DNA of 64,000 bases from Eledone cirrhosa (lineage: Eukaryota): contig OZ024748.1 of the NCBI GenBank assembly GCA_964016885.1, forward strand, positions 56,296,001-56,360,000, written 5' to 3'. Position numbers and translations under genes: made by a program. Positions 44,744 through 58,590 of the stretch are shown here, one piece after another. Positions within the stretch are counted from its first letter, which is position 1. Each line of letters opens with the position of its first letter. The notes under the pieces are model-generated. The model worked only from the letters and a program-made list of their open reading frames with translations. It was not told the origin of the DNA and searched no databases.

Positions 44744-45104
44744 GTGTGTGCGTGTGTGTGTGTGTGTGTATGCTTTCTAAAAAATGAAACTCGAAAAAAT
44801 AGTTTGTGTTCACGAATATTATTTTCATTCTGAAAGCATAATGTCACTCATGGCGGAATTGTAACAAACTTGACATCATAGTCATGACCAGATCAATATC
44901 AATTTAAATAGCAATTTTATTTTAACATTTACTCCCCAAGCATCAACATACACCCGGTCTCGTATTGAAAAAACATTTGTTAGGATTAAGAGTCGATTTT
45001 TGTTGTGCATATATATAAGTGAAAAGTAAAAGTAAAACAAATATGCAAGAAGGATATAGTACAATGAAGGTTGATATTATTTTAATGCCAGCTTTAGCAA
45101 GAAG

Positions 45105-45145
45105 AGTATCTTAATGTCTCGGACGATAGTCTTTCATCAGAGAGA
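45105..45145 (-). ncRNA. Degenerate hammerhead motif related to 37314-37351
   Basis: Minus: tct-CTGATGA-aa-gac-tatc-gtc-c-GAGA-ca-TT-aagat. GAAA is mutated to GAGA; abuts (GA)n/(TA)n. Confidence 0.45.
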
Positions 45146-45154
45146 GAGAGAGGG

Positions 45155-45232
<78 letters not shown>

Positions 45233-45365
45233 TACATTTAGTAAAGGACCGATACATTCTAAATAGCCGAGTCAATGCGGTAGAAAAATACAAACGAGGA
45301 GAAATGAAACAAATACAAAAAAAAAAGCAATGATTTATCCAGTGTGTTACGGGGCTACTACACTC

Positions 45366-45420
<55 letters not shown>

Positions 45421-45519
45421 TTTATATATATATTAACCTTATCGAGACATCTTCTGATTTTAGTCTTCACATTTATTATTATTATATATTATGATATCTC
45501 AAGAAATATATTAGTCTGA

Positions 45520-45642
45520 ATTCATCAGGAATGATTACATACGAATGAAACAGTTCTAGTACTGTTGAGGTAATAATACATATACCAACACACTACTAAC
45601 GTATTGAGTTCCTCTGTGGTTACCCCCGATGCAACTCGGCAA
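45520..45642 (+). mobile_element. Diverged copy of the 33230-33420 HHR element
   Basis: ttcatcagga (inverted stub)-atgattacatacgaatGAAAcagttctagtactgTTgagg...gtattgagt.cctctgtggttacccccgatgcaactcgg matches 33305-33412. Confidence 0.7.
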
Positions 45643-45704
45643 CGTACACACACACCCCATACAGACACACACACATACATAGACACACACACACACACAC
45701 ACAC

Positions 45705-45783
<79 letters not shown>

Positions 45784-46884
45784 TAAAAGTGGAAGCTTAG
45801 TAAAATCGAAACTTTGGCTGTGGCCAAACAAAGTCGACCTACAATGAGGAATGAGAAGCAAAGCACTCAATAAGGGTAGGTCCTTAGAGTAACAACATTA
45901 TGTTTAAATAGCTTGACAAATTGAAAATTGCGGTAGGCAAAACCCAAATATATATATGTAAATTATATCAGTGGCACAAAATGACGATAGAATAATATTT
46001 ATAACCCTCTGTTAAAATTTGTCTAAACGGTGATTCAGACGTGCCCTAGACATACGTAAATCATCAGCTCTCTTCTGCGATGCATCAAATATCTTTCATG
46101 TTAAATCTGTTGGTTCTGTTTGGACTCGGCTATCCTGTCTCATTGGCAGCAACGACGAAAAAAAACAACACTGTTTCTGACAAAAATATATTCTTATATT
46201 CTCTTAAATATTGAATTTCTTTGACTGCTAAACATATACTTTATTTCTATAACAATTTCAGACATAATTGCATCTCAGAATAAATAATTCTTGCAAAATT
46301 GAGATTCTTGCGATTTACAAAATATTTGTCGCGATCATGTTTAACTTCCCAGGAAGATAATTTCCAACTCCATTGCACTATGTAGAAAGCGTTAATTCTA
46401 CCTTAAATTATTTTTAAACTAACAAATTTGAAGAAGATCAGAATCTTTTTAGCACAGTTTTATTTACCTAGATTAACATCTTTTTTAATAATCAAAAGTA
46501 CTATACGAAATCGACGAATGTTTTATAAAATGAGAAGAGACGAAGCGGAAAGCAACACCAATAAAGCTAAACAGAGAAGAATCTAAGATGAAACCTCAGG
46601 CATAAGGACCAATATAAATATTATAAATATTTTATTTTATTTTAAGAAAATAAACATGAAATGTGCCTTATAAATAAGGCAACCAAATATAAGAAACAAC
46701 AACAACAAACATTATTACAAGCGACAAGATTGAAAGTAAAAAAAAACAGTTTAAATATTATTTTTCCGTGTGTTTCAATTACCATATTGAACAATTGTAT
46801 ATATTGAAGTATAATAATATAAGTATAACATATTGAGATAGGGTGAGATACGTTGATAGCAATATTATTAATTGAGATTATATG

Positions 46885-46986
<102 letters not shown>

Positions 46987-47156
46987 CGTATATATATATA
47001 TATATATGTATACATATACGGATATATATATATATATATATATACATATATATTCATACATATATATATATGTATATATATATTTATATATATAGTATAT
47101 ATATATATGTATATATATGCATATGTAAATATATATATATATATATATAGATATAA

Positions 47157-47234
<78 letters not shown>

Positions 47235-47363
47235 TTATGTATATATATATATATATACAAATAAATATGAGTGTGGTGTGTATTGTGTGATACACTTGTA
47301 AAAATTATTTATATAATGAAACCATATAAAAACCCAAGATATAAAAAGGAATTATATATGATA

Positions 47364-47418
<55 letters not shown>

Positions 47419-47419
<1 letters not shown>

Positions 47420-47657
47420 AAATTAATAAAAACAATGAATAAAAACAAAGAAAAAGTTCCTTATATTAAAAAATTCATCATTTTACTATCGTTTCTAGGA
47501 TATATATATGTGTCATGCTATGTGTATCATATAGATCTATGTAAAAAAAAATCTTATTATACACACATATATATATCCTAGAAACGATCGTAACATGATG
47601 AATTTTTTATTATAAGGAACTGTTTCTTTGTTTTTATTCATTGTTTTTATTAATTTA
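47419..47657. repeat. Inverted repeat (~95-bp arms, ~50-bp spacer) with HHR 3'-half-like GAAA-cgatcg-TA
   Basis: Arms 47419-47513 and 47563-47657 are reverse complements with a few mismatches. Confidence 0.9.
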
Positions 47658-47786
47658 TCTTAACTCTGTTTTCCTGTGATTTTCATCGAAACATTTTTGA
47701 ATACATCTTGTCTTTTCCATGATATTTGGATTACATTGAATTCTTCATACGGATTGGACACTACCGTATATATTGGTAGATTTATC

Positions 47787-47837
<51 letters not shown>

Positions 47838-48054
47838 TTAATCTTCCAGATTAATTATTGCAGCTGAACCAAACATATGTAGCTCACATTATTTTCTGGC
47901 CAGATATAAAGAAACGTTTTAGTTGGTCAGACTTCTATTTACACGTGATTACATTCACTGATTCTATTCCAGAATTATATATCGATTGTTTTCTATATTT
48001 TGATTCTTTTTCTGATACGCATCTTTTGTTTGTTTGTTTTCACTTGTAAACATA

Positions 48055-48156
<102 letters not shown>

Positions 48157-48184
48157 TATATATTTATGATATATATATAATATA

Positions 48185-48320
48185 AAATCAAAAGATGGTT
48201 AAAAGAGTTCCATGTATTTTATTATGCGCATTTCAAAAACAAATATCATCATGGGATGAAACTTGTTTTTGATTTGCGCATAATAAAATACATGGAACTC
48301 TTTTAAGCATCTTTTGATTT
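48185..48320. repeat. Fold-back inverted repeat (~65-bp arms, 4-nt loop)
   Basis: aaatcaaaagatggttaaaagagttccatgtattttt...tcatc-atgg-gatga...aaaatacatggaactcttttaagcatcttttgattt. GAAA-cttg-TT follows the loop. Confidence 0.9.
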
Positions 48321-48413
48321 GAGAATATTTATACTCTAGTCCTATAAATTGTTAAGTGGTACTTATTCAATAATTGCATTGCTTTATTGTGCTGAAATAA
48401 AACTCACTCCTAC

Positions 48414-48450
<37 letters not shown>

Positions 48451-48526
48451 TTTTGAGTATATGTCGGTTGTTTACCGAGACCTCAGTATGCAGATTTTAA
48501 ATTTTAAATATTTGATTGAATTATTT

Positions 48527-48594
<68 letters not shown>

Positions 48595-48649
48595 TGAGAG
48601 AGAGAGAGATTATGAAGCTGTGGCCACTTCCAACCGACCAAATTAACCA

Positions 48650-48996
48650 CATAGGGTCAAATCCTATGTGGTTATGGTGGAGGGCCGATTTAAGGAATGC
48701 TTCCTGAACCACCAGTCGACCTTTAGGTACCCGTACAGAGATTCATCCACGAAACACGCGAGTCGCGTATGGTCCCTCAAGAAATCAAGTATAGACTACT
48801 CCATTTAATGGAAAGCCATCACTAAGTCCAAGCCATACGCAAGGGGCAATCCGTCGTGTGGACTATGTTTTGATGAAGGAATAAATATTTTAAAGAGATT
48901 ACGCAATATTATTGCCTAAACTCGAGAAATGAATTCTTCACATGTTGTCCACACGCCTGGAAACACCCTTCAACTAAATACAAAGCTCCGGATTGA
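48650..48996 (+). mobile_element. Penelope-like element GIY-YIG endonuclease pseudo-ORF fragment (second, different family)
   Basis: KSYVVMVEGRFKECFLNHQSTFRYPYRDSSTKHASRVWSLKKSSIDYSI*WKAITKSKPYARGNPSCGLCFDEGINIL / CLNSRNEFFTCCPHAWKH fits YIG.TE..FK.R..NH...F....ST.LS..IW.LK......W......PY....C.LCL.E...I....LN.R.E....C.H. One stop and one frameshift. Confidence 0.85.
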
Positions 48997-49089
48997 ATTA
49001 CAACATCCTAATTTTCTCATCAACTAGAAACTTTCGGGGGTACAAATAAGAATGGAAGAATAAAAATAAAAATAAACATGAAGATAAAC

Positions 49090-50106
49090 AAATGGTGGAA
49101 GGGTGTGAGGTGTGTAGGGGTGGTGGCGGGTGGAGTGGCGAGAGGGAGGCGGCGTGTCCGAGATGGGAGGGCGAGAATGTGGTGTATGTGTGTAGGTGTA
49201 CGTGTGTGTGTGTGTATGTGAATGTGAGAGTTGGGGGAAGAACGAGGTTCCATGTTCAGGAAAAGGTGTGTGTGTGTGGATTGGGAGGAGCCAGAGAGGT
49301 GGGGAGGGGGTAGAGGATTCCGGAGGCTGAGTGTGTACATATGTGTAGGTATGCACGTGTGTGTTGGTGTTTATACGTTTTGTGGGTGTAGGTGGCGTGG
49401 CTCGAAAAAAATGTTGTGAGTGTATGTCCGTGGGTAAGTTTCTAAGGTAGATCCGTAGAGGGTGTGAAGAGTGACGGATGTTTTCCATGTATGGAGTGGA
49501 TGGTGGGGACGATGGCCAATGGTGTGTAATCCGTGGTTGTGGTAGTCGGAAGAAGGGATATGTGGGTTGCGCGCGCAACAGGAAGTGGTCAGAGGGTCAA
49601 GGCAGGATGAAGGTAGAGGAGCATGACAGGTCGAGAGGACTGTGTTTCTGTGTGTGCGGAGAAGAGGTCAGAGGGTCAAGGCAGGAGAAAGCATAGCAGC
49701 AGTAGAGAAGAATGGAAGGTGGAGAACGTCAGTGTGTCAGTGTGTGCGGAGGTGCGGTGGACAGGGGAGAGGATGGGTAGGTGTGAAAGATGGAGTGTGG
49801 AGGGGATCATACGGGGGCGTGAGGTGTGTATTAGTAGAGGTGTTAGTAGGATGTGTGCGTGTGTGTGAAAGGGTGTGAGTAGGGAGGGGAGAAGGAGAGA
49901 AAAGGTGTGGAGAACGATGGAGGGAGTGTAGTGTACTGGTGTGTGTGTGCGTGTTTGGATGAGTGTGTGTGTATGGTGAAGGGGGTGTTTGTGGGTGTTA
50001 GTATACTGGTGGTGTGGAAAGGGTTGAATGCGGGTGAGTTAGTGGAAGTCTGTGGTTGTAGGGTGTGTAGAGTGGGTGGTGTAAGTGTGTGTGGTGGGTG
50101 TGTGTG
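49090..50106. repeat. ~1-kb strand-biased G/T-rich low-complexity segment with an internal direct repeat
   Basis: Sharp rise in G content. ggtcagagggtcaaggcagga occurs at ~49587 and ~49666. Confidence 0.7.
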
Positions 50107-50300
50107 TTAATGTATATGTCAGTTTGTCTTCTTGCAGAACATGTTTCAAATCTATTCGTGAGATATTCTGTACCCAGTAAGTGTATAACAAAATGAGTTA
50201 GTTAAATACTCCTTCGAAATTTAAAGCCAAAATATTCAATTATGTTTGAACACCTAATTATACACACACAGACACACACACACACACACGCACACACACA

Positions 50301-50390
<90 letters not shown>

Positions 50391-50473
50391 GAGGTTATAT
50401 TTAATTTGTTGGAATACAACAAGCAAAATATTTTTATAACTGATATAAAGCACTCAACAAATTATGGGAGTAA

Positions 50474-50779
50474 ATATACAATATATTAACAAATGTAAAC
50501 TATACTTATAAAACCATATTTATTTCATTATACATATTTCAAGGGCCACCAGAGCAAATTATGGTGCGCTTTCATCAGATAAAATATAATATAGGTTAGT
50601 TTTATAAATAAATATTGACATACCCTTAAAAAAGCAACCATTGTGGTTGGAATCTCCTGGATATTATATTTTATCTGATGAAAGCGCACCATAGTTTGCT
50701 CTGGTGGCCCTTGAAATATGTATAATGAAATAAATATGGTTTTATAAATATAGTTTCCATTTGTTAATATATTGTATAT
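50474..50779. repeat. Inverted repeat (~119-bp arms, ~68-bp spacer), each arm carrying an HHR-like motif
   Basis: Arms 50474-50592 and 50661-50779. Plus: CTGATGA(50675-50681)-aag-cgcacca...tggtggc-cctt-GAAA(50713-50716)-tatg-TA-taat. Stem I is weak or bulged. Confidence 0.9.
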
Positions 50780-50902
50780 ATATATATATACACACACACA
50801 TATGTATATGTGTGTGTGTGTACATATATTTATACACACACACGCATAAACCCTCCAACAACATATATATATGTATGTATATACATATATATATATAGAT
50901 TT

Positions 50903-50997
<95 letters not shown>

Positions 50998-50999
50998 GA

Positions 51000-51035
<36 letters not shown>

Positions 51036-51339
51036 TACATATATATATACTGGGGAGACATAAATGTGGAGAGAATGAGAGACGTGACATTATATTACAT
51101 TTCACATATACTATACTGTAAATTCAGACTGATACACACAGACAACAATGTACAATATATACATATATAAATACATACATACACACATATATATATATAT
51201 ATATATGTCTGTGTGTGTGTGTTTGAATTAAATATATTATAACTATACTTTGCGAAATTATATAATGTATACCAAACAATTACATTAGGTTTTATTAGAA
51301 TAACACACATTTACACAGATATTTATATTAGGTATGGTC

Positions 51340-51430
<91 letters not shown>

Positions 51431-52074
51431 TGTATATATATATATATAGATATAGATTTCTACATATATGTGTGTATGTGTGCATAAATGAATGCACACA
51501 CAGAAACACACACACATATATATATATATACACATACATATGCGTGTGTGTGTATGTTTGCTTGTGTTTTTCTGTCTGTTTATGCATATGTATGTTTTTT
51601 TTCATTGTGTGTAATACTAGATATAAGTATGAGAAATTATACTCTATATAGATTGTGTATATAAATAATCTTTATTATTTTCTATTAGACTTTCGTATAT
51701 CCATCCACCATATTACTTCAGCCCGAATATTTCTATAAATATGTCAATAAAATGACTATAGATATTTTAAAAGAAATATCTTAATAATTACATTTTAAAT
51801 CCATTACGTCTTTGAGTTATATAACATAAATAGTATTAATACACTTCATATATTTTCGATACTTATCCATTTTGAACTAGGATGTCTAACTTAATTCAGT
51901 GCTAACACCACTATCTATTATTGTTTATATTCATTTGTTAAAGATTTCCTTCCAATTTAACAGAATATCCACATCGTAGAACCATTCCCAATGATTAAGT
52001 GACTATTTATTCTTATTTTGCTATATTTTTAGATATGTCTACATGGTCTTGTGGTTAATATGTCAGTAATGTGG

Positions 52075-52376
52075 CTATAGAGGATTCATTTTCGCATGGA
52101 CATAGAGTAATATTTTTGGAGGAGGGCTCAACTTCCACTCTGTCACCAGAGTCGAATCGGTCGACAGGTTACCAGACTTCATTCGCTTAACAAGTAGGAC
52201 CGAGGAAACAATGTTTCCATTGTTCTTTCCAATTGCTAATATTATCTGTCGGTCGCAACTCAATGCAGAGGGATCAACGTGAAATAAAGAGTCTTGCTCG
52301 AGGACATAACGCATTATCCGGGAATCGAAATCACAACCTCACGATTGCGAATCATATACTCTAATTACTGAGCCAC
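52075..52376 (-). mobile_element. tRNA-derived SINE, family B (longest copy)
   Basis: Minus: TGGCTCAGTAATTAGAG...GATTTCGATTCCC...GTCCTCGAGCAAGACTCT...GGAAACATTGTTTCCTCG, plus further 3' sequence. The 3' boundary is approximate. Confidence 0.8.
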
Positions 52377-53889
52377 CTTAAAATGGCATTCAAATATTCC
52401 TCTAATGCCACAAGAAGACAGTTCTCAATATTCTAAGCACTGGCGTTGATTTCATGACATATGATCGGGGTGAATCCCAATGGACACACAATCTCTCAAA
52501 TAACCTTCAAACCAGAAATCAACTCCAGAGCTATCCATTGGCGTAAGACTCGAAGACGTATCGTTCAAGACAAGAATTTCAAATTCTAAACGAATCTGTT
52601 TCTATACACAAGACCATAGAGGAGGTAAACGGACAAAAGCAACAGACAATTACTGGCATTGATACACTATAGGCAAACTAAGGCAATCTAAGACAATATT
52701 CAATCCCATCCAATTCAATCCAATTCAATTCAGGGCGTTCTCAATCTTGTTGGAGGAATCCATTCCGGATTCACCTCCAAAGCTTTCTATTTTGTTTTCG
52801 CCATCTCAGAGGTGTAACCGTACTTACAACACTTAGCCAATTGCTAGTTGGTGAGGCTATTTAACTCATAGTTTTGGTAGATGACTGTTTACAGTAAGGA
52901 GTTCATCAACTAATTTAACAATTATTGTCTTTTTTATGCTGTTGGGGTTCCACGTACCCCATTCAGCAAATCCTGATCTGGTAGCGAAGCTGGTTTAGTC
53001 ACCAACCAAACGACCGTGAAGCAGGTTGTACTCGTTTACATGTTACGAGTAACAGGTTCAACGAATTCAGGTGTGGAATTTAGTCAGGAAGCCAAGCAGT
53101 CATACTTTACTGTGACAGTGAGTAAAAAATGAAAGGGGACAATAGCCCATAGAAACAACCACAACATTTGGTTCCAGATGAAACATTGAAGCACCAGAAA
53201 CTGAGACAATCTTGTAAATGTTCACCTAATTCTTCCAATAATTAATAACACTCTTCCCTCTCTCCTTAGTGTCATATGAGCTGTCTCTGAGTCTCACATA
53301 TTAGTTGTAGTAATGTCATGCAATGGGTGGGCATTCATTTATTTTACTATCGTACGAGATGATGTAACGTAAACGATTATGTCAACATATGTACTAGGTC
53401 ATAGTCAAGGGATGCTACTAGTGGGAGGGAAGCATATTATTTCAAACCGTTTGTGGATGCTGCATATTATAAGGAAGCACATGTTAGAGTTAGTGGCATT
53501 CATGCAGAGTTAGTGAAAGACATAGATTCACGTTACAATGAAGTTGAGAGTTATGTTGTTTATAGTTAAGGTTATTCATATTTACATTCTTGGCTAAGAA
53601 TTCATTTGTAAATAATCTTTGTTTTGACAATTAACAATATATTTTTCTTTTGTCCATGAATTGTTTGTAAATAGGAACAAAGACTTCCCAGAACACTTCT
53701 GGAAGGAGAAAATATAAGTTCTACAATCAAACGCATATGCGTGCACACATATAAAAACTCACATACATACACATACGAATACATACATACCTACAACACA
53801 CACACATATACATCTGTCTATATACATATAGATAACACAAATGTATATATATACCATTCATACATAATACAGACACATGTATTTAGAAT

Positions 53890-53997
<108 letters not shown>

Positions 53998-54305
53998 ATG
54001 TGTGTGTGTGTGTGAGCGTGTGTATGTGTGTGAGTGTGCGTGTGCATGTGTGTGTGTACGTGCGTATGCGTGTCACCGTTTTTTCATCACTTGAAATAAC
54101 TGCTGATGACGAAAAGTGAAACAACTTATTTAAGCATCAAGTTACTAATTGCATACTTGGTTTTTAACGACAGGAGGCAGAAATACTTTTAGTTACATAC
54201 TTCTCATTTATTATTATTACCATTATTATTATTATTGTTATTATTATTATTATTTTTATTATTATTATTATTATTGTTGTTGTTGTTGTTGTTGTTGTTA
54301 TTGTT

Positions 54306-54406
54306 ATAACCTTTTTACACGGCCAAAGCCCACTTTATATCATGCTGTAATGTTCTTCGTCATGTTAGCCCTTGTGGCCAATAAAGAAACCATTATTGTT
54401 ATTATT
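54306..54406 (+). mobile_element. Isolated LINE 3'-tail fragment within an (ATT)n/(GTT)n tract
   Basis: atgttagcccttgtggccaataaagaaaccattattgttattatt matches the LINE terminus at 55714-55776. Confidence 0.65.
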
Positions 54407-55740
54407 CAGGTATCGACTAGATTTCCCCAATGTGCCAGTATTATGGATATGGACCAACCGAATGGGGTCATCTAGATTGTATATAGACAGGATCTTCATT
54501 AGGAAAATAGATAGAAATAGTGTGAGCTGCCCAATTTTAAAACGGTCGCCTATTCAGATCACAAATTTGTGATCTGTACGGTCGACCTAGATAAAACGCG
54601 TAGGTTAGGACCGGGTTACTGGAAGCTGAACATGTCATTTCGGGCGCGTAAGACTTACAGGGACCGAGTCAACAATTTAGTTAAGCAAAAGTTGACAGGG
54701 GGATCATCAACAACAGATGGTGGGGGGCTCTCAAAAGAGAGATTAGAGTAACTTCGATAGAGTTCAGCAAAGAACTAGCGTTAGAGAAAAATAGAAAGGG
54801 GGGAGAGCTGGTAGATAAGTTAGACGAGACTATTTTTAGTGGCATTGCAACTGACGTGCTAGCGGCGAGAATGGCATTAGACTATTTCTTCAATGCCAAA
54901 CACGAAGGTTGCATTGTCGGAGCTAAGGCGCGTGCGCTGAGAAACGAGGGAAGCAAACCTGTTCAATGAGCCCGCGTGGCGGAGGCGCAGCGTGGTAATA
55001 AAACCACAATTCGGTCTTTGGCGGACCGAGACGGACACGAGATAAGCGATTCCAAGCGGATGTGTGAGGCCTTTCGCCAGCACTTTGCTCGGTTGTTCGG
55101 GGACAGTGGCGAGTCAGAGAGAGTAGCGGATTTCAGTCCCTACCTTGACGGTTTGCCGCGCATCTCGACGGTCGACGCTGAGCGCTGCGAAAGGCCGATT
55201 ACTTCAGCCGAAATTCAGGACGCCCTTGTCGGCTGCATGAGGCGCAAGTCACCCGGTTCGGATGGCCTGCTCTACGAGCTTTACGTAAATATGCCAGACT
55301 TGTCCTCCGAATTCCTCGAAGCACTCTACTGCAACTGGCAGCTCATTTCTTTGACTGAGCTTCAGCCCTGGGTCAAGAAGAGACCGAGACTGGGTGACTG
55401 GCACCTGGAATGTTGCCAGGCACCCACTTCCCTCTACCAAGCGGGCAATCAGTGGAACTTCCACTCTCGAGTTATATAGAGGATTAGTGGTAGGCATGTG
55501 CAATGACGCACTCGGAGAAGCTTTGCGCCTCGACGAAGTCGAACTGACCAGTCTGTACCGGAGGACTTTTGAGCCGGGGACGATGGACAATTTCCAGAAA
55601 TCCCTCGCTTGGCAGTGCTACCGGGGGCCACTGCCGGTTCGGAATAAACTCGACAGGCACGGAAGTGCTGTCAGACAGACCTGCCCAAGATGCGCACAGA
55701 ACGATGAACCTTGATGTCAGCCTTGTGGCCAATAAAGAAA

Positions 55741-55776
<36 letters not shown>
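54407..55776 (+). mobile_element. L1/Tx1-type LINE ORF2 remnant, 5'-truncated, with the RT core deleted
   Basis: AP-endonuclease end (WTN...YIDRIFI...YSDHKFV...GPGYWKLN), linker, and RT start (PITSAEIQDAL...KSPGSDGLLYELY). It then jumps near 55341 to the C-terminal region (FQKSLAWQCYRGPLPVRNKL...TCPRCAQNDE), then to AATAAA plus an (ATT)n tail. Frameshifts and a stop are present. Confidence 0.9.
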
Positions 55777-55780
55777 GGGT

Positions 55781-55977
55781 GGTGAATTGGCAGTATCGGT
55801 AGAGATTCGGACGTCATGCTTTAACACAGAGTTACGGCCCTTGCCATTCTGACTTCAAATCCCGCTGAGGTTAACTTTGCCTTTCATCATTATGGGGTCG
55901 ATAAAATAAAGTACCAGTAATGCACTGGAGTAATTACTGGCCTTGTGCCAAAAGTAGAAACAATTATTATTATTATT
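55781..55977 (+). mobile_element. tRNA-derived SINE, family A, directly after the LINE (ATT)n tail
   Basis: Full family A sequence ending agtagaaacaattattattattatt. Confidence 0.9.
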
Positions 55978-56079
55978 AACCCACCTTCACACATATTAAA
56001 TATGTCTCTTGTCAGGTATTTATTGCCTTGTATTTGTTTGTGTATTATTGCCTATGTCTTTTCTTATATATCTTTAACG

Positions 56080-56380
<301 letters not shown>

Positions 56381-56381
56381 A

Positions 56382-56522
<141 letters not shown>

Positions 56523-56941
56523 GAGTGTTTTTACTATATTTCACAACGTTCAGCCCAATGTGTATGCAGGCAGTGTTTTGAAAACAATATGTGTGTTCCT
56601 AAACGGGGAATAAACGTCAGTTTGACCTCGCTCTCCTGTAAACAATGGGTAAACTGATATAGATGCTAAATTCATTAGTCTAGCTAATTAGAAACCTGGA
56701 TATATTTACAGAAAAAAAGGAATGTATAAAACCAATCTACAGCTATCTGCTCTGGCTGGTGGTTTGTTATGAAAATAAACATCTAGATACGTATCATCGA
56801 CACATGTTTAGTTCATTTAAATTCTGCAAGTAATATGTATGTTTGTGCATATATTTATATTTATACATGTTTCTCTTTCTCTCTCTCTCTCCCCTCTCTA
56901 TTTATCTATCTATCTATCTGTCCCCCCCTCTCTTTCTATAT

Positions 56942-57131
<190 letters not shown>

Positions 57132-58538
57132 ACATAAATATATACATATATATATATGCATACGTATATATATATATATATATAAACAAATTTATGTACA
57201 CACCACACAACCAAATATATATATATATATGTGTGTGTGCGTGTGTGTGTGTTTATGGTCAGGACCAAAGCTTAGGTTTACCCCTTTGCCTTGTGTTATA
57301 TCAAATAACATAGCTGTTAGATAAACAAGAACGTACATTAAGTACGAATGTCGACAATTAATTATGATATCATCGGGCATGCCCGCTATCTGATGGCAGG
57401 AATAGAATGAGTGATACACAGAGATCGGCTTGTGTAATATCCATGCGAATGCTCCTATAACCTCTACTATCCAGATATATGTTTCTGCCTCAATCTGTTC
57501 AGTTACTCTTATTAACAGAAATTAATTCGACATTCAAAACCAAAAGTGATTAATTGAAGAAGTCCTCATGTTTGTGTGTATATTTGGGTGTAAGTGTTCT
57601 TTACGGGTGCATTTGAAAAAAGAGAAAGATCTTTGTGTGTGTTAGAACACCGTTGGCCTCGACGACAAATGTGCCATCCTTTGATCAATGAGATAGCCTG
57701 CTCGTCGTGAAATTAAGGTGCAAATTATTGATAATTACACAAACACATGGAGTCGTAAGGGTCCTCAAAAGGGGATTCTGCATGACACACTATGTTATAT
57801 GGTTGACCTGTGGAAATAAAGGTATAACTATTCTTCCCAGCAGACATGTCTTGGAGCAACATGAAATAAAATACCTTACCCAAGGACACCACATGTCGTT
57901 AAGAATTGAAATCTATCATAAACAAAACAACTTAAGCGTTAAATGACGTACCGTCTCGTAATACGAAGATATAACTTTAACATGGGCGTATAATTCTGTT
58001 ATAAGATAGAACTTTTAATTTAGATACAGACAAGTTTACATAAGCTGTTTGACCGTTAGTCGTAGTATTTTCTATTAGTACGGCAAATTGTGTTTCCTTA
58101 TTAATAACCATCTATCTGTATAATCACATACCATTCAGATTATTCAGATTACGTTGTGAATATACTCTATGAAATGTTAGACGGCATTCATTTTCATTTC
58201 TTACTATTATATTTTTGAATTCAACTGCTGCCAGAGCCCAGATGGAATCGTGTTCACACCATCCTTACGGATCGATTCAATTAGTACCAGTTAGGTATGA
58301 GAATCGATATAATTGATTACATGCCCCCATGAATATATCTAGACTTCCGCCCTTTCAGAAATCGTAATCATTAACGTGTTTGCGTCTTAATTTGCTACGC
58401 ATTGGTGTTTTATTTATCAATGCCAATTACTATTATTTTTCTAGATTTAAAGTGGTAGCCTGTATATTTATAAGGCAATTGTCGTTTTCTTTTAATTATT
58501 TGAGGTTTTGCATTTAATTTCCTGCACTTTTAGACAGA

Positions 58539-58582
<44 letters not shown>

Positions 58583-58590
<8 letters not shown>

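Noticed and set aside
54095-54135. CTGATGA-cgaaaagt-GAAA as a hammerhead
   Set aside because: Core boxes are present but no convincing stems I or III could be formed. Isolated CTGATGA at ~5506, ~18723, ~39247, ~46062 and ~63613 also lack the rest of the motif.
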